64,000 bases of DNA from an uncultured Eubacteriales bacterium. GTDB taxonomy: Bacteria; Bacillota; Clostridia; Oscillospirales; CAG-272. The translations under genes and the position numbers were made by a program. The notes beneath the pieces are model-generated. The model saw nothing but the letters and a program-made list of their open reading frames with translations. It was not told where the DNA came from and searched no databases. The stretch is from the NCBI GenBank assembly GCA_900547565.1, contig URHI01000002.1:793-64792 (forward strand), in the 5' to 3' direction. Positions 17,484 through 26,436 of the stretch are shown in pieces (position 1 is the stretch's first letter; each line of letters starts with the position of its first letter).

Positions 17484-18980
17484 TCAGTTGATATCTGAGA
17501 CAGCCGCCTCGATATCACTGCGTATCTTTTTGTCTATCATCTTGAAGGTAGACGAAATAGTTGTAGAGCCGTAGACATTAAGGTTATTGAGAATGGAAGT
17601 GCAGGTACCGAAGTCGTTGGCCATTGCAGTGTCGACCGCACCGCTTGCATAGGCAAGGTTGATCATTTCAATTGCCGTGGGATCCTTGGAGACTTTATAG
17701 TGAAGCACGGTACCTATGTGCTTATCAACAAGATTCTGATAAGAGAGCGCTCCGAGCGTCTCGAGGATCAGCGCGGTACGCTCGACATCGCCTGCGCTTG
17801 TGGGGATAACAAAGCCTTCCGTAGCGCTGTAAACGGGAGTTACATAGTCAGCCTGGCTTTCATCAAACTTAGGAACCACAACGATACCATACTCGGTCTC
17901 AGAGTCGCGCAGCGTCGTAACTTCGTTTGTTCCTGTTGTCAGGAAAAGCGAACGTCCTTCCGTGAACACCTGAATATAGTTGGCAATACCGCTTGTGCTA
18001 GTATATCCGGCATAGGGAGAAGGCTGCTTACCGGCGATAGCGCAGTAGGGGCTGTTGATAAAGTACTCAGTGAACTTTTCAAAGGCAGTGATATACTGTG
18101 AGGACAGACCGTTCCATACCGGCAGCCCGTCTGTGTCCCGGGTAGTCAGGGTAATACCCGAGCTGAGTATGAGGTTGCGGGAATGATTTATGTGACCGGT
18201 AAGTCCCATAATATCCTCTCCGGGAGAAAACATTCCGTCGCCGTTATTGTCTGTAGCAGCTGTCTGCATCATGGTGTATGCCTTTTCCCATGTCCACTTG
18301 CCGTCCGAAACCAGCTCATACGGATCCTCAAGTCCGTAAGAACCGATCATTTCCTTGTTGAAGCAGAAAATATAGAAGCTGCTGTAATAGATAAGATTGG
18401 CATTTCCGAATGTAATATAGCGCTTGTTTCCGATGTTGACATCGGCATTGAAGCTCTGCTCCCACCAGGGATTGGATAGGTCAAGTCTGTCCAGTTGGGT
18501 CTGATCATATATGTAGTTTTTCTTGTACAGATTCAGAGCGTTGTAGGTCTGGAGAAGTGCAAGGTCGTAAGAATCATCGCCGGATGCTATCGCAAGCTCC
18601 ATAAGTCTCTGAGAGATATCATTGGTGGTTATTGTCTCTTCAAGGCGTATGCGGAGTCTCTCTTCGATGTCTATCTGACGCTGGTAAATGGTATCCTGTA
18701 TCGTGTCGCCTGTTATATCGGATGCGGTCATGTTGACGATAGCCCAGGTGCGGGACGGTGTCAGAATACTGAATGTGTAGTTGTTGAAATCCTCCACGGG
18801 AATATCGGCAAGAGGATCATATGAGGTTTCCTCCGGCACGGTTTGTTCGCCGGTGGCAGAGGTAGTCGTATCATTTGTGTCATTGTTTTTGTCGGATGGA
18901 TTTGTACAGGCTGTCAACAATGTAGCAACGAGAATGATAACAGCGACAAGCATAATCAAAAGTTTCTTTTTCGTTTTCAT
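17484..18980 (-). CDS. Extracellular solute-binding lipoprotein (large LplA-like SBP) with no cognate permease genes nearby
   Basis: Start moved to ATG 18980 (MKTKKKLLIMLVAVIILVATLLTACTN, lipobox LTAC), which has the AAGGAAGG SD. ~498 aa, a size and composition typical of CUT1 polysaccharide SBPs. Confidence 0.8.
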   Translation of the reverse strand: MKTKKKLLIMLVAVIILVATLLTACTNPSDKNNDTNDTTTSATGEQTVPEETSYDPLADIPVEDFNNYTFSILTPSRTWAIVNMTASDITGDTIQDTIYQRQIDIEERLRIRLEETITTNDISQRLMELAIASGDDSYDLALLQTYNALNLYKKNYIYDQTQLDRLDLSNPWWEQSFNADVNIGNKRYITFGNANLIYYSSFYIFCFNKEMIGSYGLEDPYELVSDGKWTWEKAYTMMQTAATDNNGDGMFSPGEDIMGLTGHINHSRNLILSSGITLTTRDTDGLPVWNGLSSQYITAFEKFTEYFINSPYCAIAGKQPSPYAGYTSTSGIANYIQVFTEGRSLFLTTGTNEVTTLRDSETEYGIVVVPKFDESQADYVTPVYSATEGFVIPTSAGDVERTALILETLGALSYQNLVDKHIGTVLHYKVSKDPTAIEMINLAYASGAVDTAMANDFGTCTSILNNLNVYGSTTISSTFKMIDKKIRSDIEAAVSDIN

Positions 18981-19005
18981 AGCGTTCCTTCCTTGAATCT
19001 GTATT

Positions 19006-19038
19006 TGTTTCGAAGCTTTTTGGCGATTATTCGAAACA
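19006..19038. promoter_or_regulatory. Candidate LacI-family operator pair in the leader of the SBP operon
   Basis: TGTTTCGAA (19006..19014) and its inverted copy TTCGAAACA (19030..19038). Both lie downstream of the predicted -10 on the reverse strand. Confidence 0.4.
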
Positions 19039-19050
19039 GGATTCATTCTT

Positions 19051-19079
19051 ATTATACACAAAGTTTTTGCATGAGTCAA
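19051..19079 (-). promoter_or_regulatory. Sigma-A type promoter for the SBP / MBL-2 / ceramidase-like operon
   Basis: Reverse strand: TTGACT (19079..19074), 17 nt, TATAAT (19056..19051). Confidence 0.55.
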
Positions 19080-19205
19080 GTATATTTTCAAAATTAATTT
19101 GCAATCCGGGTAAAAATATTGACGCAAATTTGTCAAAAACGCCTTGACAAAAGCTCGAAAATATGATAATCTTTTAAATAGATATTATGCTCGCTTATTT
19201 GCAAA

Positions 19206-19215
19206 GTTTCGAAAC
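19206..19215. promoter_or_regulatory. Candidate LacI auto-operator (perfect 10-bp palindrome)
   Basis: GTTTCGAAAC, with the same half-site as 19006..19038. It sits between a TTGACA box (19145..19150) and the lacI-family ATG at 19228. Confidence 0.4.
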
Positions 19216-19227
19216 ACGGAGGAACGC

Positions 19228-20229
19228 ATGCCAACGATCAAAGACATTGCCGCATCTGCCGGAGTCTGTCCGTCAACGGTTTCAAAGGCTCTGCGCGGGA
19301 GCACGGATATCCAACCTGAAACAATATCCCGCATACGACTGATCGCCGAGCAGATGGGGTACGATCTCAGCCGTCTCAACAGCAAAGTCACCAACAGCAA
19401 AACTGTAGGCGTTGTCTTTGTTGAACTTAACAGTGAGTACTACAGCAATATCTTCAATAATTTCAAGCAGTTTATGGAGTCCGCAGGATACCGCGTCATA
19501 ACCATAATCACCGATTTCAGGTCGGTAGAGAAGCAGCAGGATGCCATAGAATACCTGCTCAGCTGCCGTGTGAGCGGCATACTTTATCTGACAGAGGCCG
19601 CATTCAACATTGAAAAGCTCCGTGAAAGAATATCGTCATGTGGCACGGGATTTGTAATGATAACCCGTATGAGCTGCATCGACTTCTGCGACATCATAAG
19701 CGTCAACCATGCACTGGGAGCGCGCATGGCAGTAGAGCATCTGTACGGACTGGGACACCGGCGGATAGCTTTTATCGGAGAGCCCAACACCCATGCACGC
19801 GAAGATGCCTTCCGCGACACCATAAAAGAGCTGGGCATCACCCCGGACGAGGATTACATAATCGTCCGCAACGAGCGCAACTGTACAGGCGGTTATGAGG
19901 CAACAAAGGAGCTGCTCAGAAAGACGGCCGGAAAACGCCCCACCGCAATTTTCGCGGCATATGACCAGCTCGCGTACGGTGTTATGCGAGCAGTCAGAGA
20001 GGCGGGACTGCGCATCCCGGAGGATATTTCTATCATCGGTGTAGATAATAACCAGGTGTCCGATTACATTACTCCGGCTCTGACCAGCATCGAAACCACT
20101 GCCGATGAGGTCGGCAAGATAGCCGGAGAAATGCTTCTCGGACGTATACAAGGCGATACGTCCACATATCAGATGGTTTACCTCAGCCCGAGACTCTGTC
20201 CCAGAGCTTCGTGCCGTAGAATAATATAA
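19228..20229 (+). CDS. LacI/PurR family transcriptional regulator
   Basis: Start moved to ATG 19228 (MPTIKDIAASAGVCPSTVSKALRG, the canonical LacI HTH), which has the ACGGAGGA SD. The rest is a periplasmic-binding-fold sugar-sensor domain. Confidence 0.9.
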   Translation: MPTIKDIAASAGVCPSTVSKALRGSTDIQPETISRIRLIAEQMGYDLSRLNSKVTNSKTVGVVFVELNSEYYSNIFNNFKQFMESAGYRVITIITDFRSVEKQQDAIEYLLSCRVSGILYLTEAAFNIEKLRERISSCGTGFVMITRMSCIDFCDIISVNHALGARMAVEHLYGLGHRRIAFIGEPNTHAREDAFRDTIKELGITPDEDYIIVRNERNCTGGYEATKELLRKTAGKRPTAIFAAYDQLAYGVMRAVREAGLRIPEDISIIGVDNNQVSDYITPALTSIETTADEVGKIAGEMLLGRIQGDTSTYQMVYLSPRLCPRASCRRII

Positions 20230-20246
20230 ACAAAGGAGATCTCATA

Positions 20247-21899
20247 ATGAATAAGGTTTGTTTCACATTTGAGAACATCTCGCTGACAAAAGAAAGCTTT
20301 GACGAGCTATGCCGTGTCCTGAGAGTTCGCCTTGAGGCGCGTCGTTGCCAGGTCGGAAGCCTGGGACTGACGCTCAGCTTCGATATCCGCCCCGACATGG
20401 ACTGCGACAGCTTCCATGTATATAATAATGATGGCAAGATCATGCTGGAGGCCAACAATCTCTGCACGCTATATGCCGCCGCAGGCAGACTGATGACGCT
20501 CGGCCGCTTTGACGGCGAGGGCGGCTTCACACTGCCGGCACTCCCCATAAGGCATAAAATGAAGAAGTCACTTCGCGGTATGTATCTCGCGTCGCACTTC
20601 TTTAACTATCACCACGCCGCCCCCTTTGAGGAGTCGCGGGAGATCATCGCCGACCTGGCACTGCGCGGCTACAATACTCTGATGATGATCATCGGAGTTC
20701 AGCACTATGAATCATATTCCGACCCCGAAGCGGTCGAAATGATCGAGCTGGTCAAACGAATCCTGGCTTACGGCACACTCTGCGGAATGGTACCTGCAAT
20801 GGTCATGTACTCCAACACCGGCTTCAAAACCATACCCGAAGGACTTGAAGCTCAGTCAAAAATTGATGACAGCGGTCGCTACCGCCGTGACCTTATCGCC
20901 GTTTACAACACCGAGATCTGCCCCTCCAACCCCGAGGGCATGGCAGAGATCGAACGTCAGCACCGCGCGTTCTTCGAGGCATTCCGCGGTACGCCGATCA
21001 AATATTTCTTCGAATGGGCATATGACGAGGGCGGCTGTCTTTGCAAGGACTGCTACCCCTGGGTCACCAACGGCTTCATGAAGGTCGCCGAGCTTGACCG
21101 CCGTCTTATCCCGGAATACGGCTTTGACGCACAGCTCTGTATTTCCACATGGCACTTCGGGCTCGCAATGGAGAACGAGTGGGAGATCTTCTACGACAAG
21201 CTGGTTGCCGGTGAATACAGCTGGGCACCTTACATCATGACCGCGTTCCAGAGCGGAAGACTTCCGAAAGTATTTGTGGAGAGAGGCGTACCGGAGGGTG
21301 TCCGCTTCATCGACTTCCCCGACATAAGTATGTGCGGTGCCTACACCTGGGGCGGCTTTGGCGCTAACCCGATTTCTATGTTCCTCGACAACGCCGAAAA
21401 GAACTGCGGCGCAATGCACGACGGCGGCTTCCCCTACTCGGAGGGCATTTACGAAGATATCAACAAGTGGATCTGCGCAGGCTTCTACTGCGGTTACTAC
21501 GATAACTCGGCTGACGCCGTCCGCGATTACATACGCTTCGAATACGGCTTGGAGGACACAGAGACGCTGCTCCGCGCCATTCAGCTCATGGAAAGCTCGC
21601 TTCCGCGAACTGTTGAGCGCAATCCCGACAAACCTTGGGCTGTCAGAATCCGTTGGGGGACGGCGATCCCTGAGGTATATCGTATCCTGACCGAGATCGA
21701 GCCTAAGGTACCCGAGGCATACCGCCACACATGGAAGTGGAGATGTCTCTATCTGCGCGCCGTCATAGATTACCGGCTCTATCTCAACCTCGGAGTCGTT
21801 AAGAATGACGAAATCGCTCAGGAATGTTACCGCGAGATTCGGGATATGTTCCATCTTGAGAACGCGATATTCCATGTCAGCACACTCTGCGACAAATGA
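20247..21899 (+). CDS. Uncharacterised cytoplasmic glycoside-hydrolase-like protein, tandem paralog A (Cys4 motif)
   Basis: 550 aa. A GH20b-like N-terminal lobe (…IMLEANNLCTLYAAAGRLM…) is followed by LRGMYLASHFFNYHH…. Cysteine motif EICPSNPEG…x39…YDEGGCLCKDCYPW, and GFPYSEGIYEDINK. Confidence 0.55.
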   Translation: MNKVCFTFENISLTKESFDELCRVLRVRLEARRCQVGSLGLTLSFDIRPDMDCDSFHVYNNDGKIMLEANNLCTLYAAAGRLMTLGRFDGEGGFTLPALPIRHKMKKSLRGMYLASHFFNYHHAAPFEESREIIADLALRGYNTLMMIIGVQHYESYSDPEAVEMIELVKRILAYGTLCGMVPAMVMYSNTGFKTIPEGLEAQSKIDDSGRYRRDLIAVYNTEICPSNPEGMAEIERQHRAFFEAFRGTPIKYFFEWAYDEGGCLCKDCYPWVTNGFMKVAELDRRLIPEYGFDAQLCISTWHFGLAMENEWEIFYDKLVAGEYSWAPYIMTAFQSGRLPKVFVERGVPEGVRFIDFPDISMCGAYTWGGFGANPISMFLDNAEKNCGAMHDGGFPYSEGIYEDINKWICAGFYCGYYDNSADAVRDYIRFEYGLEDTETLLRAIQLMESSLPRTVERNPDKPWAVRIRWGTAIPEVYRILTEIEPKVPEAYRHTWKWRCLYLRAVIDYRLYLNLGVVKNDEIAQECYREIRDMFHLENAIFHVSTLCDK

Positions 21900-21914
21900 T
21901 AACCGGAGAAAAAT

Positions 21915-23570
21915 ATGAAATTCTGCTTCAAAAATAATAATATGGGCAGTGAGAGCTATGAAGTTCTCTGCCACACCGCGGTTCGTGTCCTCTCTGTGCG
22001 CGGCTCAGAGCTGCTTGACGCACCGGACAGAGATGCCTTCACAGTCACACTGCGCAAGGACGCATCCTTTAAGGACGACCGCTTCACCGTAACACCCGCC
22101 GACGGCGGCGTTGAGCTTATCGGCGCAAACGATCTGGCACTCCACGCGGCTTTTGGAAGATTCATTCTCTCCTCGGGCTTTGACGGTCGCGGCGGCTTCT
22201 CGCCCGTTGACAAAGCCATTGACTTCACGCCCAGATCGCCCTTGCGCGGAATGTACTTTGCAACTCATTTTTACAATTTTTATCATGTAGCACCAATAGA
22301 GAAGGTATATGAGGTAATAGAGGACCTTGCACTGCGCGGATGCAATAACCTGCTCGTATGGTTCGATATGCACCACTTCAATTCCATGCAGGACGAAGGC
22401 GCACAGGTTCTTGTAAAGCGTCTGCGCGCCATGCTCGGATACGCAAATAAGATCGGCATACACGGCTCGCTGACAATGCTGTCAAACGAGGCATTTGCTT
22501 CGTCGCCGGTTGAGTTGCGCGCCGAATGGGAGGCGATCGGCGGCTATCACGCCAAACCCGATGACCACTTTCACCTCGAGATCTGTCCCAGTAAAAAGGG
22601 CGGAATCGAAGAGATCCTTCGCGAACGCCGCGAAATGCTTTCGTATTTCCGCGACCTCGATATTGCCTATATCTGCTACTGGCCCTATGACCAGGGCGGC
22701 TGCACCTGCATGCAATGCCAGCCCTGGGGCTCCAACGGATTTATCAAGCTGTTGCCGCATTTTCAGGAGCTCGTTGCCGAGATGATGCCGAACGCAAAGC
22801 TCATTCTCTCCACATGGTATTTTGACAAATTCATAGACGGGGAATGGGATTCATTTTACCCCAAGCTCACTGACGGCACTATCAGGGACGTTCCCTATAT
22901 CATGTCCTTCTTCTTCAACGGAGAAATGCCGAAATGCGTCGCCAAAGGGGGAGTTCCCAAGGGATATAAATTCATCGACTTCCCCGAGATAAGTATGTAC
23001 TCCTGCAGCCCCTGGGGCGGCTTCGGCGCGAGCGTGCTGTCACGCTTTCTCGACCGTACAAACAAAAAAACTGCCGGGCTCTACTCCGGCGGCTTCCCGT
23101 ATTCCGAGGGTATTTTCGAGGACATAAACAAGTTCATCGAGCTTACATGGTACTCAGGTCTTTACACCGATGCCGCAGATGCCGTCCGTGCGTACGTCCG
23201 CTCGGAATTCTGCGTTGAAGGAGAAGCACTTGATGAGTTAACCGACGCAATTATCCGCACCGAAACGGCTATAGCACGCGGGAAGGTATACGGCGGCGAG
23301 TCCAATCGCTATGAGATCGCAGACACAAGCGACGTTGAGTATGTATATCGGGTCCTCACAAAATACAACGCAAAGCTGCCCGAGGCTATCCGCAGCAGCT
23401 ATCGCTTCAGACTGTTTTATCTCCGTGCCGTCATCGACCGCGAGCTGGTAAGCTGTGATGGGTATCCGCTCCGTTCCGAAATATGCCAGGCGGCCATGCG
23501 TGAGGTAAACGAGATCTACTTTGCCACCGACGCCACAAAGCGTTGGGTCAAGGCTCCCGTGGGAGTATAA
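21915..23570 (+). CDS. Uncharacterised cytoplasmic glycoside-hydrolase-like protein, tandem paralog B (Cys4 motif)
   Basis: 551 aa, collinear with paralog A: LRGMYFATHFYNFYH, EICPSKKGG…YDQGGCTCMQCQPW, GFPYSEGIFEDINK. Confidence 0.55.
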   Translation: MKFCFKNNNMGSESYEVLCHTAVRVLSVRGSELLDAPDRDAFTVTLRKDASFKDDRFTVTPADGGVELIGANDLALHAAFGRFILSSGFDGRGGFSPVDKAIDFTPRSPLRGMYFATHFYNFYHVAPIEKVYEVIEDLALRGCNNLLVWFDMHHFNSMQDEGAQVLVKRLRAMLGYANKIGIHGSLTMLSNEAFASSPVELRAEWEAIGGYHAKPDDHFHLEICPSKKGGIEEILRERREMLSYFRDLDIAYICYWPYDQGGCTCMQCQPWGSNGFIKLLPHFQELVAEMMPNAKLILSTWYFDKFIDGEWDSFYPKLTDGTIRDVPYIMSFFFNGEMPKCVAKGGVPKGYKFIDFPEISMYSCSPWGGFGASVLSRFLDRTNKKTAGLYSGGFPYSEGIFEDINKFIELTWYSGLYTDAADAVRAYVRSEFCVEGEALDELTDAIIRTETAIARGKVYGGESNRYEIADTSDVEYVYRVLTKYNAKLPEAIRSSYRFRLFYLRAVIDRELVSCDGYPLRSEICQAAMREVNEIYFATDATKRWVKAPVGV

Positions 23571-23628
23571 TTCAGTATTTCCCGCGCAAGCGGACAAATA
23601 AATATAACAAAAAAAGAAAGGGAAAAAC

Positions 23629-24708
23629 ATGAAACGCTTTATTTCTTTATTCCTGACGGTATTCGTAGCAATGTCAGTATTCGTCACTGTTACATACGCA
23701 GCCAATGACACTCTCGCTCCCGAGGAGCATGTTGCAAAGGCTATCTACGGTACACCAACTATTGACGGTGAGGCAGACGGCATCTGGGACTACGCACAGA
23801 TCAACTATGTTACCAACGTATTCCAGAACGACGAGATCACACCTCCTTCCACCTGCCAATTCCGTGTAATGTACGACGATACCTACCTTTATTTTCTCGT
23901 TGAAGTAAAAGACGAAACCATGGGTGATGCCGAATGGGAGGCCCTTTCTCTCGGCGGCAATCTTTGGAAGAGAGACGGTGTCTCATTAACGTTTTCACCC
24001 GACAACAACCGCGATGTAACCAACGGCCAGGTTGCTCCCGCATTCTGGTTCATCATCGGCGCATTCGGAAACACGGCAAACTTCAACACTGTTCCGAGCA
24101 ACGTATTCATTTCAGAGGATGAGGGCGCAACAAAGATGTTCGCTATCTCCTACCTTACCGACTATACCACAGGTGTCAATTCCGGGTACACCATTGAGCT
24201 TAAGGTCAACCTCCAGCCCCGCTACGCCGACATAAAAATGCAGGCCGGCACCGAGATCGGGTTCGATATCTACCTCAACGATAACAACAATATCATCATG
24301 TCCGCAAACCGTAACTACGGTCTGACATGGACAGGCGAAGTCAACTCCTATAAAAACAACGCAGTCAAGGGTGTGATCGAGCTGCAGGACAAGGACGTAA
24401 AATTCGAAAACGAGCCTCAGACCACCGCTCCCACAGACACCACCCCCGAAGAACCCACCACTACCGAGCCCATAGATACTACTCCGAAGGATACCACAAC
24501 TGAGGCTCCAAAGGATACCACAACTGAGGCTCCAAAGGATACCACAACGGCAGTGTCCAAAGACACCACAACTGTGGCTACCAAGGACACCACCACTGCG
24601 GATCCCGGCTCCAAGGGAGGATGCGGATCTGTCGTCGCGGCATCTGCACTGATACTCGCTGTTGCTGTCTTCGGCGGAGCTGTAATTTGCGGCAAAAAGG
24701 AGAACTGA
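23629..24708 (+). CDS. Secreted CBM9/DOMON-like carbohydrate-binding protein with a Thr-rich repeat stalk and a C-terminal TM anchor
   Basis: Signal peptide …VTVTYAAND. PTIDGEADGIWDYAQ…FRVMYDDTYLYFLVEVKD is CBM9-like. Five KDTTTxxx repeats. The C-terminus is GGCGSVVAASALILAVAVFGGAVICGKKEN. Confidence 0.6.
   Translation: MKRFISLFLTVFVAMSVFVTVTYAANDTLAPEEHVAKAIYGTPTIDGEADGIWDYAQINYVTNVFQNDEITPPSTCQFRVMYDDTYLYFLVEVKDETMGDAEWEALSLGGNLWKRDGVSLTFSPDNNRDVTNGQVAPAFWFIIGAFGNTANFNTVPSNVFISEDEGATKMFAISYLTDYTTGVNSGYTIELKVNLQPRYADIKMQAGTEIGFDIYLNDNNNIIMSANRNYGLTWTGEVNSYKNNAVKGVIELQDKDVKFENEPQTTAPTDTTPEEPTTTEPIDTTPKDTTTEAPKDTTTEAPKDTTTAVSKDTTTVATKDTTTADPGSKGGCGSVVAASALILAVAVFGGAVICGKKEN
24487..24606 (+). 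repeat. 5 x 24-nt in-frame tandem repeat (KDTTTEAP-type stalk)
   Basis: aaggataccacaactgaggctcca occurs twice exactly, followed by three diverged copies. Confidence 0.85.
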
Positions 24709-24714
24709 TCCGTT

Positions 24715-26388
24715 ATGTCCCTGTTTAAAATTAATTCGGACGAAACATTGTATGTGGTCTACCCCGCAGCAATAACAAGTCATGAATTTGAACAGGCGGA
24801 GACAATAATGAACCGGATACGGGCGCTTGGCGGCGTCCGCCCGGTTCTGCTTTGCGACCGCAACAAATCCCCGGAAAACATACTTCCGGACAACGCTCCG
24901 GCTATTCTCGTCGGTAACACCATCGCCACTGAAAGCCGCCGGGTCCTGTCGGAGCTGACATACGGAGAGGCCGAGCTGCGCCTGGTCGGAAGACGGGTAG
25001 TTGTTGCCGCGCATACCGACGACCTGCTCCCTGCCCTGATATCGTCTCTGGCTGACAGCATGAAGCTCGACGGCGACACTCTCATCATGGATGTTGACAA
25101 GCGCCGCATCAAGGGAACAAGATTTCTGCACAGACTGCCGCTTTGTGACGGTGGGCGGCTGATCGCCTACCGCAAGAGCTGTGATGAATGTGATATGGTG
25201 GTCCTCGCGGATACCGATGAAAATATGTACCGAGCATATCTCAATAAGCTCGGTGGGATGTTCCACATGGAATGGGAGCGCGAGCTGCACGGAAATCTCT
25301 TTGCCGCCTTCTCAGATGACACCGTGGCGATACATGTATATTACACCCCTCACAATCATTTCATACGCGCGCTGATCGAGCCGGTCTCCAATTTATATGT
25401 TCAATGCAACGAGAGCTTCAGTACCGTCACGACCCCGCAGCTTACCTTTATGGGCCGTCGCTTCGGTGATAACTTCCGCTATCTCGGCAAAGATGCCGGG
25501 GCCGGTCAGATGAGCTACTGCATCAGACTTTCCGACGGTAGCTTTTTGGTATACGACGGAGGTCTTGCAACCGACGCTTTTGCCGACGCAATATATGATG
25601 TCATGTGCGACCAGGCTCCAGATCCCCAAAAGCTCGTGATCGCCGCCTGGGTAATCACACATTCCCACGCAGACCATATCGGCGGTTTTCTCAAATTCTC
25701 CGAGAAATATTCCGATAAGGTCAAGCTTGAGCGGCTTATGTTCAACTTTCCATCCATGCAGGACGCCGAGGCGTTCCGTGAGGCCTGGAACATTCGCCTG
25801 ACTAAGGAGGCACTCTACAACCGCTTCCCCGATGCAATTTTCTCCAAGCTGCACAGCGGCGATGTTGTCAAGGTCCGCGACGCCGAGATCGAAGTGCTTT
25901 ACACACACGAGGATTTCGTGATTCAGTACATTTCAATGCTGAATACTCATATTTATAACAACTGCTCGCTTGTCTCACGAATGACGCTTGGGGGAACAAA
26001 ATTCATGTTCATGGCAGATTCTCAGGAGGACGCCAACGCTATCATAGTGGCAATGTACGGCGATTATCTCAAAAGCGATATGCTGCAGGTCTGCCACCAC
26101 GGTGGGTGCGGGGGAACTGTTCCGCTTTATGAAGCCATCGACCCCGAAGTTGCAATTTTCAGCACTACCGACGCCCTTCTCCCCGAATATCTGTCTGTCA
26201 TTTACAACTATCATTTGGTATATGAACAGCACGTCCGCCAGATATTCAACTCAGCTGAAAACACCATAACCCTTCCCCTGCCCTACACTCCGGGCGAGTG
26301 CAACATTCCTCCATTCGAAGGCACTATCGTTGAAAAGCTTTCAAGCACAAAGGGATGCGTTATCAAAACCGCCAATAAGGAATCATAA
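24715..26388 (+). CDS. Cytoplasmic (no signal peptide) N-terminal domain plus MBL-fold metallo-hydrolase (paralog 3 of 3)
   Basis: ITHSHADHIGG, FMADSQED, VCHHGGCGG. Close paralog of 15690..17465. Confidence 0.8.
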   Translation: MSLFKINSDETLYVVYPAAITSHEFEQAETIMNRIRALGGVRPVLLCDRNKSPENILPDNAPAILVGNTIATESRRVLSELTYGEAELRLVGRRVVVAAHTDDLLPALISSLADSMKLDGDTLIMDVDKRRIKGTRFLHRLPLCDGGRLIAYRKSCDECDMVVLADTDENMYRAYLNKLGGMFHMEWERELHGNLFAAFSDDTVAIHVYYTPHNHFIRALIEPVSNLYVQCNESFSTVTTPQLTFMGRRFGDNFRYLGKDAGAGQMSYCIRLSDGSFLVYDGGLATDAFADAIYDVMCDQAPDPQKLVIAAWVITHSHADHIGGFLKFSEKYSDKVKLERLMFNFPSMQDAEAFREAWNIRLTKEALYNRFPDAIFSKLHSGDVVKVRDAEIEVLYTHEDFVIQYISMLNTHIYNNCSLVSRMTLGGTKFMFMADSQEDANAIIVAMYGDYLKSDMLQVCHHGGCGGTVPLYEAIDPEVAIFSTTDALLPEYLSVIYNYHLVYEQHVRQIFNSAENTITLPLPYTPGECNIPPFEGTIVEKLSSTKGCVIKTANKES

Positions 26389-26403
26389 CCGTACAAATCA
26401 AAG

Positions 26404-26436
26404 GCCGCATGAGTGAAATACGCTCATGCGGCTTAT
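26404..26436 (+). terminator. Probable terminator of the lacI-to-MBL-3 operon
   Basis: 10-bp stem gccgcatgag / ctcatgcggc with a 9-nt loop. The T tract is weak (ttatcatt). Confidence 0.45.
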
